Shown piece after piece: positions 39,111 to 51,569 of a stretch of 64,000 nucleotides of DNA (its first letter is position 1; each line of letters starts with the position of its first letter). Source of the DNA: Eledone cirrhosa. Lineage: Eukaryota. The notes under the pieces were generated by a model. The model worked only from the letters and a program-made list of their open reading frames with translations, was not told the origin of the DNA and did no database searches. Position numbers and translations under genes: made by a program. Location of the stretch: positions 18,352,001 through 18,416,000 of the forward strand of contig OZ024747.1 in assembly GCA_964016885.1 (NCBI GenBank). Direction: 5' to 3'.

Positions 39111-39404
39111 CCAAGCAGATAAAAACTGCCTACTATTTAGTGATATGTAACATATCACTGAACCCATGCAGTTACTACTGGGGTGACAGCTGATTAAAGA
39201 TTGTCCATTAACATCAACATCGCTCCTCACAAAAAAACCCCACAAAAACTCACTAACATGTGCACACTCATGACTGTTTTCTTTGCAACCATGTTGTTGT
39301 TTCAGGTTCAGTCCCAATACATGACACCTTTGGCAAGTGTCATGTACTTTGGCAAGTGTCATGCCTTGTGAGGAGTGAAATTTTATAGCTGGAAACTCCC
39401 TGTA

Positions 39405-40195
39405 TAGATAAGAAATGTATAATCTGTAAGCTAAGCCCGCATATTAACTGTAAAACTAGAAATGTAGTATATAGCATAAGATGTACTGAAGGACAATGTA
39501 GAGATAAGAATATAGTGTACATAGGTGAGACAGCTCGTAGTATAGGGGAACGGATAAATGAACACTGGCGAGAGCTTCAAGATAGTAAAGAATCATCTGT
39601 ACTCCACCAACATGCTAAAATAGAACATAAGGGTAAATTAGAGAACATAGAAATAAAAATAGAATCTACACACAGAAAAGACGCAATGTTTAGACAAATC
39701 ACAGAGGCAATAAACATAAATGAACTCCAACCAAAATTAAATAGAAAACATGAATGGAATAGCAACATCACAACTTACAATTAAGGACAAAATGAAAAGA
39801 CACACACACATAGAACAAACAACCAACCAGTAACATGTAAATAAACAAATATAAACACACACAGACACCCGGATGTAACACATGCGCAAACTAAGCACAC
39901 AACACACAAAAACAAGATGGCATAGGACAGAACAAAGGAGAGGCACAAAAACAAAGAAAAGAATCCCCAGTCACTGAAGAGGTCACAGAATGTGTGACGA
40001 AAGAACTTTGACAATATATGAACAATCGTCTGGTTGTGGAACCAACCAACCGGTAATTTATAAATGCTTAAATTGAAGTGAAAGCAACTGGTGCGTGTGT
40101 TTCTTATTGGCAACATGACCCTCCCAAAGCATAACAATATCGGTTTCAACACACGTTTTCAGATAAAGAATCTTGCTAAACAAATTCAGAAACGA
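39405..40195 (+). mobile_element. Penelope-like element 3' fragment: GIY-YIG endonuclease plus 3' pLTR region
   Basis: RNVVYSIRC..C..VYIGETARSIGERINEH..HQHA..RQITEAI..PKLN; hammerhead motif downstream; ends at (TA)n. Confidence 0.85.
39970..40012 (+). ncRNA. Minimal type I hammerhead ribozyme motif in the Penelope 3' region
   Basis: gtca-CTGAAGA-g-gtcac/gtgac stem II-GAAAG-aa-CTT-tgac; stem I gtca/tgac. Confidence 0.55.
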
Positions 40196-41997
40196 TATAT
40201 ATATATAGATTTATTAAAATAACAGATTAAAGTTTAAGCAAAGAATCGTTGCTTTCACCCTTAATGGAATCTTCTGAAACTAAAAAAATCAATCTGTGAA
40301 CGCAGAAGTAAATATTTCGAAAAACGTTGCAACCAAAGGAAAACACGAAAACGATACTTTGTTTCGTGAAGATGTTCCCTGGCAGTGAACGGAAAAAAGC
40401 GAAGATAATACGTCATTATGGTGAGCGATGAGAACAACTACACGCAAAGACACAACCACGTTTGTGGTATAAATGGAGTCATTAGACTGATATTCTATTT
40501 AGGAAAACGAATGATTCTCGGCTTCAGAGTTAAGAATAATGTAAATTAGTTGAACGAAAATGACAGAGGTTATTAAAATCATAAAAGTAATAATAATTAA
40601 ATATATACATACACACATCTATATACGTATATACACGTGCATATGCAAAAACACATGCCATGCATGCATAATCATGCACGTACACATAAACACGCGCACA
40701 CGTACGTAAACCCGCGCAACACATGTACCCGCACACATACGAACATATACACCAAATACACATATAAAAATATATGTGTGTCTATGTGTGTATATACATA
40801 TAATTATATAAACGTATATAAATATACGTGGAGGCATGTGGCTTAGTGGTAAGGGTGTTGGACTTACGATCATAATGTGATGGGCTCGATTCCTGAGCTG
40901 CGTGTTGTGTTCTTGAGCAAAACACTTCATTTTACGTTGCTCCAGTATACTCAGCTGAAAATGAGTACCAGCAATAGCTGGAGGTTTAACCCTGCAATGG
41001 ACTAGCGTCCTGTCCAGGGGCGAGTTTTGTACTCTCAGTCGCTTCATGCAATGAAACCGGGATAAGCACCGGCCAAATGAGCCTTCTGGCTTAAGACAGA
41101 CTTTAGACTTTAGATATAAACACATAAATACGTATATAACGCACACACACACATACCTACAGGTAAATACACATATGTTCACCAAGCGTACATATACCAA
41201 AACCCAATGTACACATATACATACCTTAAATACGTGCAAACATGCATACACGCATACAAATATACGCGCACAATCATCATCATCATCATCATTTAACATC
41301 CATTTTCCATGCTAGCATCAGTTAGACAGGTTGTCTTATTTGAGGCAAGTTGAGGTCAGATGACCATGTCTTGCTCATACAGAACAGATTTTGGCTTGGT
41401 TTCTATGGCTGGATGCCCTTCCTAATGCCAACCACATTTACAGTGAATACTGGGTGCTTTTTGTTGTGACACCTACACAACCACTTTACAGTGTGGGCTG
41501 GGGGCTTTGGTAGGAAGGGTGTGGGGGGATTAGGGAGGTGGGTATATGGGTGTGTGTAAGGAGTGGAGTGTTAGGACGTAGGAGGGGGGATGAATGTGAA
41601 TGTAGTGCATACCAGATGTATGCTTCAGCCTGTACTCATAGATCTTCTGTATTATTGCACAACACCAGAGATCACCAGAGGTGCAATTATGCAAGGTTAA
41701 CTTTCATCACCTCATCCCAAGTCTTCCTGAGCCTTCCTACTTTATAGCTTCCGTCAACTTTGAACGCTCTGCATCTTTTTATACAGTATAAAAAAAAAAG
41801 AGAGAAATTTAAACAATAAATACTTACGTTTCACAACACCAATTTGCACACATTTTAACTTCAGAATCAAGTGGGTTAGACATTTGACAATATCCTAAGG
41901 GATTGCATGTACAAAATGCAGAAAGGCCAACTATCACAATATAAATCATTTGCACCTGAAATTCGAAACAAAATGTTTGATGGTTATTATTATAATA

Positions 41998-43091
41998 GGG
42001 CAGTGGATTGGCAGTATCGGTGGAGGGTCGGACGCCATGCTTTCCAGTATAGTTACGTCCCTTTACGATCTGAGTTCAAATCCCGCCGAGGTTGACTTTA
42101 CATTTCATCCTTACGGGGTCGATAAAATAAAGTACCAGTCACGCACCGGGGTTGATTTAATCGACTTTCCCCTCCCCCCAAATTACTGGCCTTGTGCCTA
42201 TATAAGAAACCATTATTATAATAGGGCAGTGGATTGACAGTATCGGTAGAGGGTCGGACGCCATGCTTTCCAGCATAGTTATGTCCCTTTACGATCTGAG
42301 TTCAAATCCCGCCGAGGTTGACTTTGCCTTTCATCCTTACGGGGTCGATAAAATAAAGTACCAGTAATGCACTGGGTAATTGCTGGCCTTGTGCCTAAAG
42401 TAGAAACAATTATTATAATAGGCCAGTGGATTGGCAGTATCGGTAGAGGGTCTGATGCCATGCTTTGCGGCATAAAGTTACGGCCCTTTATGGTCTGAGT
42501 TCAAATTCTGCCGAGGTTAACTTTGCCTTTCGTCCTTACGGAGTCGATAAAATAAAGTACCAGTAATACACTGGGATTATTGCTGGCCTTGTGCCTATAG
42601 TAGAAATCATTATTATAATAAAGCATTTAGGGTAGTAGATTGGCAGAATTGTTAGTATGTCATACAAATGCTTTATGCTATTTATTATGGCTCCTGAGTT
42701 TAAATTCCGATGTAGTCAACTTTGTCTTTCATCCTTCTTGGGTAAATGAGATAAAGTACTAGTCAAAAAAAGGTCATTAAAAATTGGTGGACTGGTAGAA
42801 TCATTAGGGAGTTAAACAAATGCTTTGCAGTATTTGATATTACTTTTACATTCTAAGTTCAAACTTTGCCTTTTATCCTTTCAGGGTTGATAAAAATCTT
42901 TCCCTTTCCTTCAAATTTGTTGGCATTGTGCCTAAATTAGGCAGCATAGAGTTACGGCCCTTTATGGTCTGAGTTCAAATCACACCAAGGTTAACTTAGC
43001 CTTTTATCCTTACGGGATCAATAAAATAAAGTACCAGTAATACACTGGGCTAATTGTTGGCTTTGTGCCAAAAGTAGAAACAATTATTATA
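41998..43091 (+). mobile_element. Head-to-tail array of tRNA-derived SINEs (about 6 units)
   Basis: Units start at about 41998, 42224, 42421, 42629, 42785 and a partial at 42941; A-box-like TGGCAGTATCGG, B-box GAGTTCAAATCC, core GCCTTTCATCCTTACGGGGTCGATAAAATAAAGTACCAGT, (ATT)n tail. Confidence 0.9.
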
Positions 43092-43529
43092 GTGGGGCAT
43101 TGGATATCAGAATGTATTAACTGATGAGCAAGTTGTTTTTTTTTCCATTATAAATTGTCATCACCTTAGTCGTTATAATAATATTTCAGCTATTGTACAC
43201 TCTGGCCTTCTTCAGGGGCCTGCCATCTTTGGTAATGTTCTCAGAATTTTCAAACCAAACTTGTTATTCACATAATGGAGATAGATTGTTTTCTTTCCAT
43301 TGTCCATGTCTTGGATTTCCCTGTGGTTCACTTCTAAACCCTGAGAAGAATATTAATGATGACAAACACTTCAAGAAGGCTGGTCGGTTACATTGGCTGA
43401 TGTGATTATAGCAAGCAAGGTGAAGACAATAGTGCAAATAAACTAGTTTGTATTAATAATTCCACATCTCAGAAACTTGGTAGATGGGAACTGCAGAAGC
43501 CCATTGTATATATATATGTGTGTGTGTGG

Positions 43530-44030
43530 ATATATAGAATGGGATAGAAGAAGTTCGAGAGCTACTACCACTGCTAGCTACAAAAGGCTTTTCCCTCAAA
43601 ATGAAAGGCAAACTGTATGATGTGTGCATATGAACAGCAATGTTGCATGGTAGCGAGACATGGGCACTGTGTGCCAAAAACTTGTGTAGTTTAGAAAGAA
43701 ATGAAGTGTGCATGCTCTGATGGATGTGTAATAATAGTAATATACATGAATGGCAAAGCATAAACGAACTGAGAGAAAACTAGGCATAAGAGGAATCAAA
43801 TGCTGTGTGCATGAGAGGCAATTAGATTGGTATGGACATGTGATGCATATGAAGGATGAGAGCTGTATGAAAAAGGTGCAGAGTGGTCAAAGTTGATGGA
43901 AGCCTTGGAGTGGGGAGACCCAGGAAGATATGATAAAAGCTGACCTTGCCCAATTGCATCACTCTCAAAGGTGATGATAGCGGACAGAGATCTCTGGTAT
44001 TATGTAGTAATACAGAAAACCTGACTTCCC
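43530..44030 (+). mobile_element. RTE-clade LINE 3' fragment; similar fragments at about 160-505, 22600-22770, 33590-34245, 35345-35590, 41630-41790, 46770-47030, 55595-55860 and 61220-61620
   Basis: Decayed RT C-terminal motifs (LHGSETW, MLRWMC, ELREKLGI, RLRWYGHV, GRPRKTW). Confidence 0.8.
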
Positions 44031-44640
44031 ATGAGCAGAGGCTGAAGCTGAAGCATATATTCAACCACTAGCACGCTGGTTGCGATGCCATTACTAAGTG
44101 CCTTGTCTAATTTTCTAACTAGTTCTCCCTCTGCTTTATTTTTCTCTATTGCTAATAATAAGTGGAAACGAAGTATCAATATAATATCATTATGTTTATT
44201 CACACGTAACATGTTTTTCGTGATCAATCAGCTCAAGGTATGATCAATATAATGATCATATATTGATACTTCCTTCTTGTTCCTTATTATCATTATTAGA
44301 TTGGCAGTATTGGTAGAGCGTCAGGATAGAGTTACGACCCTTTACTTTCTGAGTTCAAACCCCGCCGAGGTTAGCTTTGCTTTTCATCCTTTCGGGGCTG
44401 ATAAAATAAAGTACCAGTAATGCACTGGGGTCGATTTAATCGATTTTCCACTCCTCCCAAATTGCTGGCCTTGTGCCTATAGTAGAAATCATATTTTTCA
44501 TGAAATATATCGAATGTGTTTTGATTAACTTTGAAAATAATCAGGAAGTTATTCATAAAGTTATTGTTAAAGTTATTCATAAAGTTATTGTTAAGAACAA
44601 AAGTTATTATGTTCTTTTTTTCATCTCCTTATAATATATA

Positions 44641-46309
44641 TATTTCTTTATTTACCATAAAGGCATAAAAAGAAGGGACAAATACAAAGGGGGAGTTTAC
44701 ATATAATCGAGTAAAAAGGGTGTAACATGAAAATAATCGAAAATAACCTCAAAAGGGAGGGGATGTGATGGGGGTTGCACCCCCCCCCCCGAAAAAGTGT
44801 GCAATCCTTTGCCCGGGGAGCACATGGAGAAGGTGCTCCCCTCTCCTTTACTTCTTTACCTACAGGATGGTATACAGAGAAGGCCCACTTACACGAGCCA
44901 TTCTCGCCACTATCACCCACCTTTCATAAAACTGCCTGTGGCCAAGCACCTTTCTCTCCATTCTTATCCTTCTTCCGAAGTGATATCGGAAGAAGTAGAC
45001 CAGACTATGACCAGAGAGGAAGTTGCCTGACCTCAGACCTTTCAATCGTGTCCACCAAACAACCTCTTTCAACATGGCTATTACGCACAGAAAAACCGCC
45101 TTTGCTTCCTTTGTGAAGAGGGGAGGCGGTTTGATTGTCATCACGGACTCGGCGGTCAATTTAATCGGCGCCACCCGCGACAGCAGTCGTTCGGCGTAGC
45201 CCCACAGATCAGCCACGCCTGGACATTGCACCAATGCATGCGCAACGGTTTCTTCGTGACGCACGCATCTAGGGCAAATATTTTTTGAGGGATCCCTGCC
45301 CGGGCGCCCGTGTCTGTAGAGCCTCTCTCGAACGGGTAGAGCCCCCAGTAGCACTGCCAGGCCAGTGACTTCTGGAAGTTGTCCATTGGTCCTGGGCCGA
45401 AAGTCCTACCGAACAGGCTGGCCAGTTCGTCTTCTTCCATGTCTAGCGACTCTCCAAGGGTATCATCGCCCCTGCTAGTCACCAGCCCTCTATAGAATGA
45501 TGAGGTGGATTCTCCACCGATGGCCTGGCCCGCTTGCCAGAGAGCCCTGAGCGCCTGAGCACACTCAGTGTGCCAGTCTCCCAGTTTTCCGGATCTTTGC
45601 TTGACCCAGGACTGTAGCTCGGTGAGCGAGACGAGTCTCGGAAAGGCTCGTTTCACGAACGGAGCCCACACCGGTTGACCAGTGAGGAATACCTGTAGGT
45701 GCCGTAGCCTTAATGCGTGCCTACGCATCATCAACCACGGCATCCCCAGCCCTCCTTTCGAAGGTTGTTGGCAGCAGATGGATCTTCTCACCATAGGAGG
45801 GCGCTTCTTCCAAAGAAATTGGAAGAGCATGCGTTCCATGGTGGTGAGTGTTTCCTTAGGGCAAGGCACGACAGTCAGGCGGTAGTAAGTGACGGACGCT
45901 ATGTAAATGTTCGCCACCTCCGCCCGGCCTTTTAGGGACAGCTTACACTTGGCCCATTTCTGGGTTAGTGCAAACACCTTGTTCGTAACCTCGTTCCAGT
46001 TCTTTTCCACCTGGAGGTCCGGTCCAAACCAGATCCCAAGCAACTTTACCGGGCCCTCCGTCCAGTGTCCGACGACACCGTCAGGAGGCATCGGTCTGCC
46101 TCTCCACGTTCCGAGTTGCAGCCCGATGGATTTTTCCCGGTTCAGTTTCGCTCCTGACAACCTTTCGTACTCCTCCAGTAAGGTACCGATCGCCTCGATC
46201 TCCGAGTCGGTCGATACCATTACTGTTACGTCATCGGCGTAGGCCGACACCGCTTTGCTCAATCCTGCTTCCAGGGGGATACTCTGCAACAACTCCAACT
46301 TCCTCAGTA
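44641..46309 (-). mobile_element. 5'-truncated Tx1/L1-clade non-LTR retrotransposon (RT C-terminal half, Zn-binding region, 3' UTR)
   Basis: SAYADDV RT motif, KLLGIWFG, GGLGMP, CPRC..EETVAHALVQC; one frameshift near 45350; AATAAA near the 3' end; identical 18-bp flanks ATCTCCTTATAATATATA at 44623-44640 and 46310-46327. Confidence 0.9.
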
Positions 46310-46310
46310 A

Positions 46311-46740
46311 TCTCCTTATAATATATAACCAGCAATTTCTCTGTCTGTCTGTCCGACGCGTAGAGAGAGAGAGAGAGAGAGTGAAAGAAAGAGACAGACT
46401 ACAAGAGGGGGGTAGCGGGAGGGAGAGAGAGAGACGCTGGAAGAGGGGAAGGAAAGCTATGTCTTGCTGTCTGCATTACGATACATATATATATACACAC
46501 ACACACACACACTGAGCGCGTCATAATGACGTAATGCAGACAACCAGACATACAGACAGATATTATAAGGGCGCAACGTTATATCTATGTATCTATCTAA
46601 AAAGAAAGACTAAGAATTATATAGAGAGAACGCTAAATCGCCTAATGCGGTCCCTAGGGCATTGAAAATTTGAAATAATTTTTGCTCAAAACACTCACAG
46701 GACCATAAGTATTACATGCCTATATTTTGTTAGAGATGCC
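46311..46740 (+). mobile_element. Helitron-like element 5' part (target of the Tx1-like insertion)
   Basis: A|TCTCCTTATAATATATAACC..(CTGT)n start, typical of non-autonomous Helitron 5' ends; no 3' CTAG hairpin found. Confidence 0.5.
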
Positions 46741-47029
46741 TAGTGGCTGTAGTAGGTTTTACTATGTATTTAGGTAAGGCGGGTCTTCTCTGTTACTGAG
46801 TACCGCCAAAGGTCTCGGCCCAGTGACATTGTCTTGGAGAGGTATAAGTGTGTGAGGTCGGAGTTTATCAGCTCGTCCCAGGTTTTTCTAGGTCTGCCTA
46901 TTCCGTGGCTACCGTCTATCTTTATTGCCCTGCACTTTGTTATACAGCTATCGACTTTCATGCGCATCACGTGTCCATACCAACGTAGCCTTCTCTCGAG
47001 TAAACAACATCTGATCCCTCTTATTTCTA

Positions 47030-47069
<40 letters not shown>

Positions 47070-47072
<3 letters not shown>

Positions 47073-47276
47073 GAGAGTCAGGACTCCCGACGGCTGAGCT
47101 CCGGCCGTTTCGACAGCTAGATACGAACGGTTCCGATCTAGCTGTAGAAACGGCCGGAGCTCAGCCGTCGGGATCCTGACTCTCTTCCTTTCTTCATATT
47201 ACCCACTCTACTACCCTAAGAATTGAGTACACTGGGGCGTTATTGTCCACCTGGTATCTTACCACACCCTCTTTGT
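47070..47276. mobile_element. GC-rich 118-bp palindrome plus tail inserted in (TA)n; arms carry the 3' half of a hammerhead
   Basis: Palindrome at 47070-47187; (C)GAAAC-GGC..GCC-GTC stem III and cleavage triplet; (TA)n on both sides. Confidence 0.65.
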
Positions 47277-47502
47277 TATATATATATATATAAATGTGTG
47301 TATGTGTGTGTTCGTGTGTGCATATGTATACGCACATGTATATATACGTATATATGTATATATATGTGAGTATGTATGTCTATATGTATGTATATTTATA
47401 TATGTATACGCGTATATATATATATATCCGGGAGCTTCCAACAGAAATGGTCGTATTCTTTAAGGGTATGTCAATATTTATTTATAAAACTGCTCTATAT
47501 TA

Positions 47503-47567
47503 TATTTTATCTGATGAAAGCACACCATAATTTAACTTGGTGTCCTTGAAATATGTATAATGAAATA
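47503..47567 (+). ncRNA. Minimal type I hammerhead motif (same family as the 60.2 kb element)
   Basis: tattttat-CTGATGA-aag.acacca/tggtgt.ctt-GAAAT-atgt-ATA-atgaaata. Confidence 0.65.
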
Positions 47568-48224
47568 AATATGGTTTTATAAATATAGTTTCCATTTGTT
47601 AATATATCGTGTATTCTGACCTAGGGAGGAAATGGCAATGTCATAGAAGAATGGGATAGTATGCTAAAATTTAAGTGAAAATGAAAATGAAAATGAAAAT
47701 GAAATGTTTTATTACAGAACTGAGTGTGGGTATGTATTGAAAGGGTAAATAAAACAAAATAGTACCTACTTTTATGATGGTCATATTTTGGAGCTTCATA
47801 ACTTTATATCTATGTAGTCTTCTGAAAGTGACAGTCCTTTCTTAGTGTTAAAATGAATTATAAGTTAACAAACTCTTTCTAAAACAATTTTCGTTTCAAT
47901 TAATATGTTCTTGGAATCAACAACTGTTTTGGAAAATGGTATAAGAGTTCTGTGGCCAAATAAGTTTGAGAGCTACAGGGAATTGATGCTGCATAAATTT
48001 TCAAGTTTTCAGCTTGATTTGGTTCAGCTTTCATGTAGTGTAACCACTGCAGTAGTAAATACAACTTGCAACTTTTTCTACCCGCACCCTCTCTCCCTCT
48101 CTCTCTATATATATATATCATGGATAATAGGCCTCGCATACCAGGACTGAACAGAGTCTGATTTACCACCTTGGGTCTTGTTTCCCTCATGGACTCAATT
48201 CCCTCTCCAATTTCTTTAATATTA

Positions 48225-48560
48225 CCTCATCTGGCATGCCATATGTTGTGACACGTTCTCCACCTCCAACTTAGTCACTTTGGCTACAAACCCTGGTACT
48301 GCAGTCCGTAATGCAGACAAACAAATACTGGGGATTGTCTGCCCGCTTCCTCTTTGCATTGGTTGCCGTTGAGAGCTCAGGCGTACTTGGACCCTGAACT
48401 GTCAAGCTCCTCTGTGAGATCGGAACGTCAGCAGTCCATCTGAGCAAGGAGCCCCACGAGGTGGAGAAACTATTGCAGTGGGTGCCGCTGGCCATCGTTC
48501 GCGTGCCCTAGGCCCAGAGCTCACCCCCTCCCCTTTCTTTCTCCCATTCTTCTGTTACCC
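48225..48560 (+). mobile_element. CRE-like non-LTR retroelement C-terminal (restriction-like endonuclease) fragment
   Basis: LIWHAICCDTF..NPGTA..VAVESSGVLGP..LLCEIG..LLQWVPLAIVR. Confidence 0.6.
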
Positions 48561-49282
48561 TAGAGTACTTGCATTTCCCTTCCTTTTCTGTTTATAAATA
48601 TCTGTAGAGTTGTTGCTATTTGAATTAGATTTGATGATTTTTTTTTTTTATTAATAAAACACAAATTTATAATTTCTCTAACTAAATCTAACAAAAAGAG
48701 AACTACATGAAATAACTTCATTTGGCTGTCATTTCTGTAGTAAGACATAGAAAAATAATAATTGGTGATTACCATACATAACTGCTTCACTCCCATGTTT
48801 TAAACATTTTAATTACTAATTATGTCAATCTCCTTCATATAATTTGGGTATAAAACATTGTTAATTGAGATGTTCTTGACCCCAAATGTGAACTGCAAAA
48901 ACATTTTTCATGATAAATATAATTCAAGTTTGATTATAAATATCAATAAGGTGAATTGAAAGAGTCATTAGGGTGTCAGATAGAATAATAGTTTGTGGTA
49001 TTTGTTCCAGTTCTCAGAGCTCAAATTCTGCTGAGATTAATTTTGCTTTTCATCCTATTGGGGTTGATAAAATAAGGTATCAGTGAAAAGTAGTGGTTTG
49101 GTAGAGTTATTAGAATATCAAACAAGATGCCTTCTAGCATATGGTATTTTACATTAACCCTTTAGCATGGAAACTGGCCAGAATTCTCTCACCTCTTTCT
49201 GTCAAACCGGCCATAACCACCTCCTCATACTGATGTTAAGTTCTCAAAATAAATATCAAAATCTCATAGATTCAATATTATG

Positions 49283-49824
49283 TTATAACCCCTATCTTGC
49301 TCAGAACATTGACCTCCTAGAAACTGTTCAGAGACATGCAACCAAGCGCATACCCTCCATCAGACACCTACCATACTCTGAACGCCTTGCTTCCCTGGGC
49401 ATGGATTCATTGAAGCTCCAACATCTGGCAATGGACTTGGTAAACACCCACAAAGTTATTAACCATCTCACCAACAACAACCCTGAGCACCTTTTTGATC
49501 TCTATGTGTCTAACACACGTGGACATGCCTACAAAGTCAGAAAACAGCACAGCTCCCATGACTTTCGGAAACATTTTTTCACGCTTAGACTTGCTGAAGC
49601 ATGGAACAAACTGCCTGCGTCAGTTGTTAGCTGCCGAGACACTGCATCCTTTAAAACTCTCATGCTTCCTGAAATTCGCCAAAACTACACCTGATGTCCC
49701 CCTTCCATACACATGCACACATGACGTTTGTACATTACCCTATGTACTATACATACACTTTTGATGAGTTGTAGTGCACCTGAGCACTGTACACAATATT
49801 TTCATTATTATTATTATTATTATA
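49283..49824 (+). mobile_element. CR1-clade LINE 3' fragment with (TTA)n tail, nested in a TTAA MITE
   Basis: LETVQRHATKRIP..LPYSERL..LGMDSL..NTRGH..RKHFFTLR..WNKLP; ATTATG duplicated at both junctions. Confidence 0.88.
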
Positions 49825-50811
49825 ATTATGTGAGGTAAAGCCTTTACCACAAAAATACAATAGCTGTGGTTAAGAAGTCTGCTTCATATTTACATGGCAC
49901 CTTGGCCTCAGAATTCAAATCTCACCAATGGCTAGGGTTAATCATTCGAACATGGGACCACAATTACAATGGTTGGAGAAGAATTGTTGCTGTATTCTAC
50001 AACAGTCAATACACAATTTTTGTGTGATCCCCACATTCTTGTTCAACTTCTAATAGACCGGTAATTATAACTTATTTAATCCCTTCAATGCTGTGGGGCT
50101 AGTGTGCTGGAAGTGCAGGGGAGGTCTTGCTGGAAGCAAGGGGCCAGTGATGTGACATGACGCTCCCTTTGGTCAAGGAGCCATACTTCATGGATGTGCA
50201 TGTTCATGAGAGCTATGATTGTGTGAGACTTGTTATATTCTTTGACTGGACATAAAACAGGTAAACATCCAGACAGGGAGATTCAAACTGGACTCGAATA
50301 GAGACGCAAAGGTAAGTCCCTTCATTTCCTACAGCATATACAAAAAGTATGTTTAAGTGGTAGACAAACACTGGCTTTAATTTCAGAGTTCCTGAAACAT
50401 TACAACTAAGTAAGAGAGTTAGTTTCTCCTTGGCAGCTTTAATTCTGAATGCAAACTTTTCTTCAATGGCAATAAAGTTCCTTTAAGAATTTATTTTCCA
50501 ATATAATCATGTCTTATCTACATTGAAAATAGGATTGTCAAGATATTCAGTACTCTAGAAAATGGTCTGCAATTCTGCAAGAAATACTTTAGCTGCTTCA
50601 ATATTTGCCCTTTCTGCCATACCAGTTTTCTTAATGCTAAAACACATAGTGCAACACTTATAACCTGCAAACCAGCTCTTGCTGGCTGCAAATGTTTCCT
50701 CTCCATCCTCATTTTCATTCAGTTCATAAAAAATAAACTTTGTTTTATCATAAACTAGCAGTAGTACCTAAGAAAAGAGATGACTCAGTTATTAGATAAT
50801 TTTTTCGAAAA

Positions 50812-51212
50812 TAATGGTCTCAAAGCCAACAATTTGGGAGCAGGAGAAAGTTGATTAAATCGACCTCAGAGCATTACTGGTATTTTATTTTATTAACCTC
50901 TAAGAAAAAGAAAAAAAAAAAAAAGCCAAAGCTAACCTTGGCAGGATTTGAACTCAGATTGTAAAGGACCATAACCCTATATAGTCCAATGCTTCACCAA
51001 TACTGCTAATCCACCACCATTTTCTTGGAAAATAATTGTTTCTACTTTTGGCACAAGGCCAGCAATTATCCCAGTGTATTACTGGTACTTTATTTTATCG
51101 ACCACGTAAGGATGAAAGGCAAAATTAACCTCGGCGGGATTTTGAACTCAATCCGTAAAGGGACGTAACTGTGCTGCAAAGCATGGCGTCCGACCCTCTA
51201 CCAATACTGCCA
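50812..51212 (-). mobile_element. Two tandem SINE copies; single copies also at about 4995-5200, 20925-21108, 36170-36390 (-) and 44297-44490 (+)
   Basis: Same core sequence. Confidence 0.85.
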
Positions 51213-51569
51213 GAAAATAATAATAGCAATTCTGCATGAATATATTATTTGAAACACAACATTTACATTAAGTGTGTGTATGTCTATGTGTATGTGTGTA
51301 TGCATGTGAGTGTGTGTGTGAGTTAGTGTGTACTTATGTCCATATATATCTGTTTTCTTGCTTTTAATGGAATTTATTTAACTCATTTTCCATGAAAATA
51401 ATTCACATGCACTGTACCTATTCTGGTAGCTTGATGCATAACCTCATTTTTTTCTATATTCTTTATGATCAGGTTATAAATGTTTGAAGAAAATTCACAG
51501 ATCTGTAAAACAATAGTCCACATATCACCACATTCCTTTCAGTAAATGACTTCTCTTATATTTCTCAAA

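Noticed and set aside
40830-40900. tRNA gene
   Set aside because: A and B boxes are present but run into a SINE core, and no acceptor stem or cloverleaf forms; it is a SINE head.
40619-41299. 226-aa ORF and many similar 60-170-aa ORFs
   Set aside because: They are translations of CA/TA microsatellites and SINE or LINE sequence, with no gene-like splice structure or domain.
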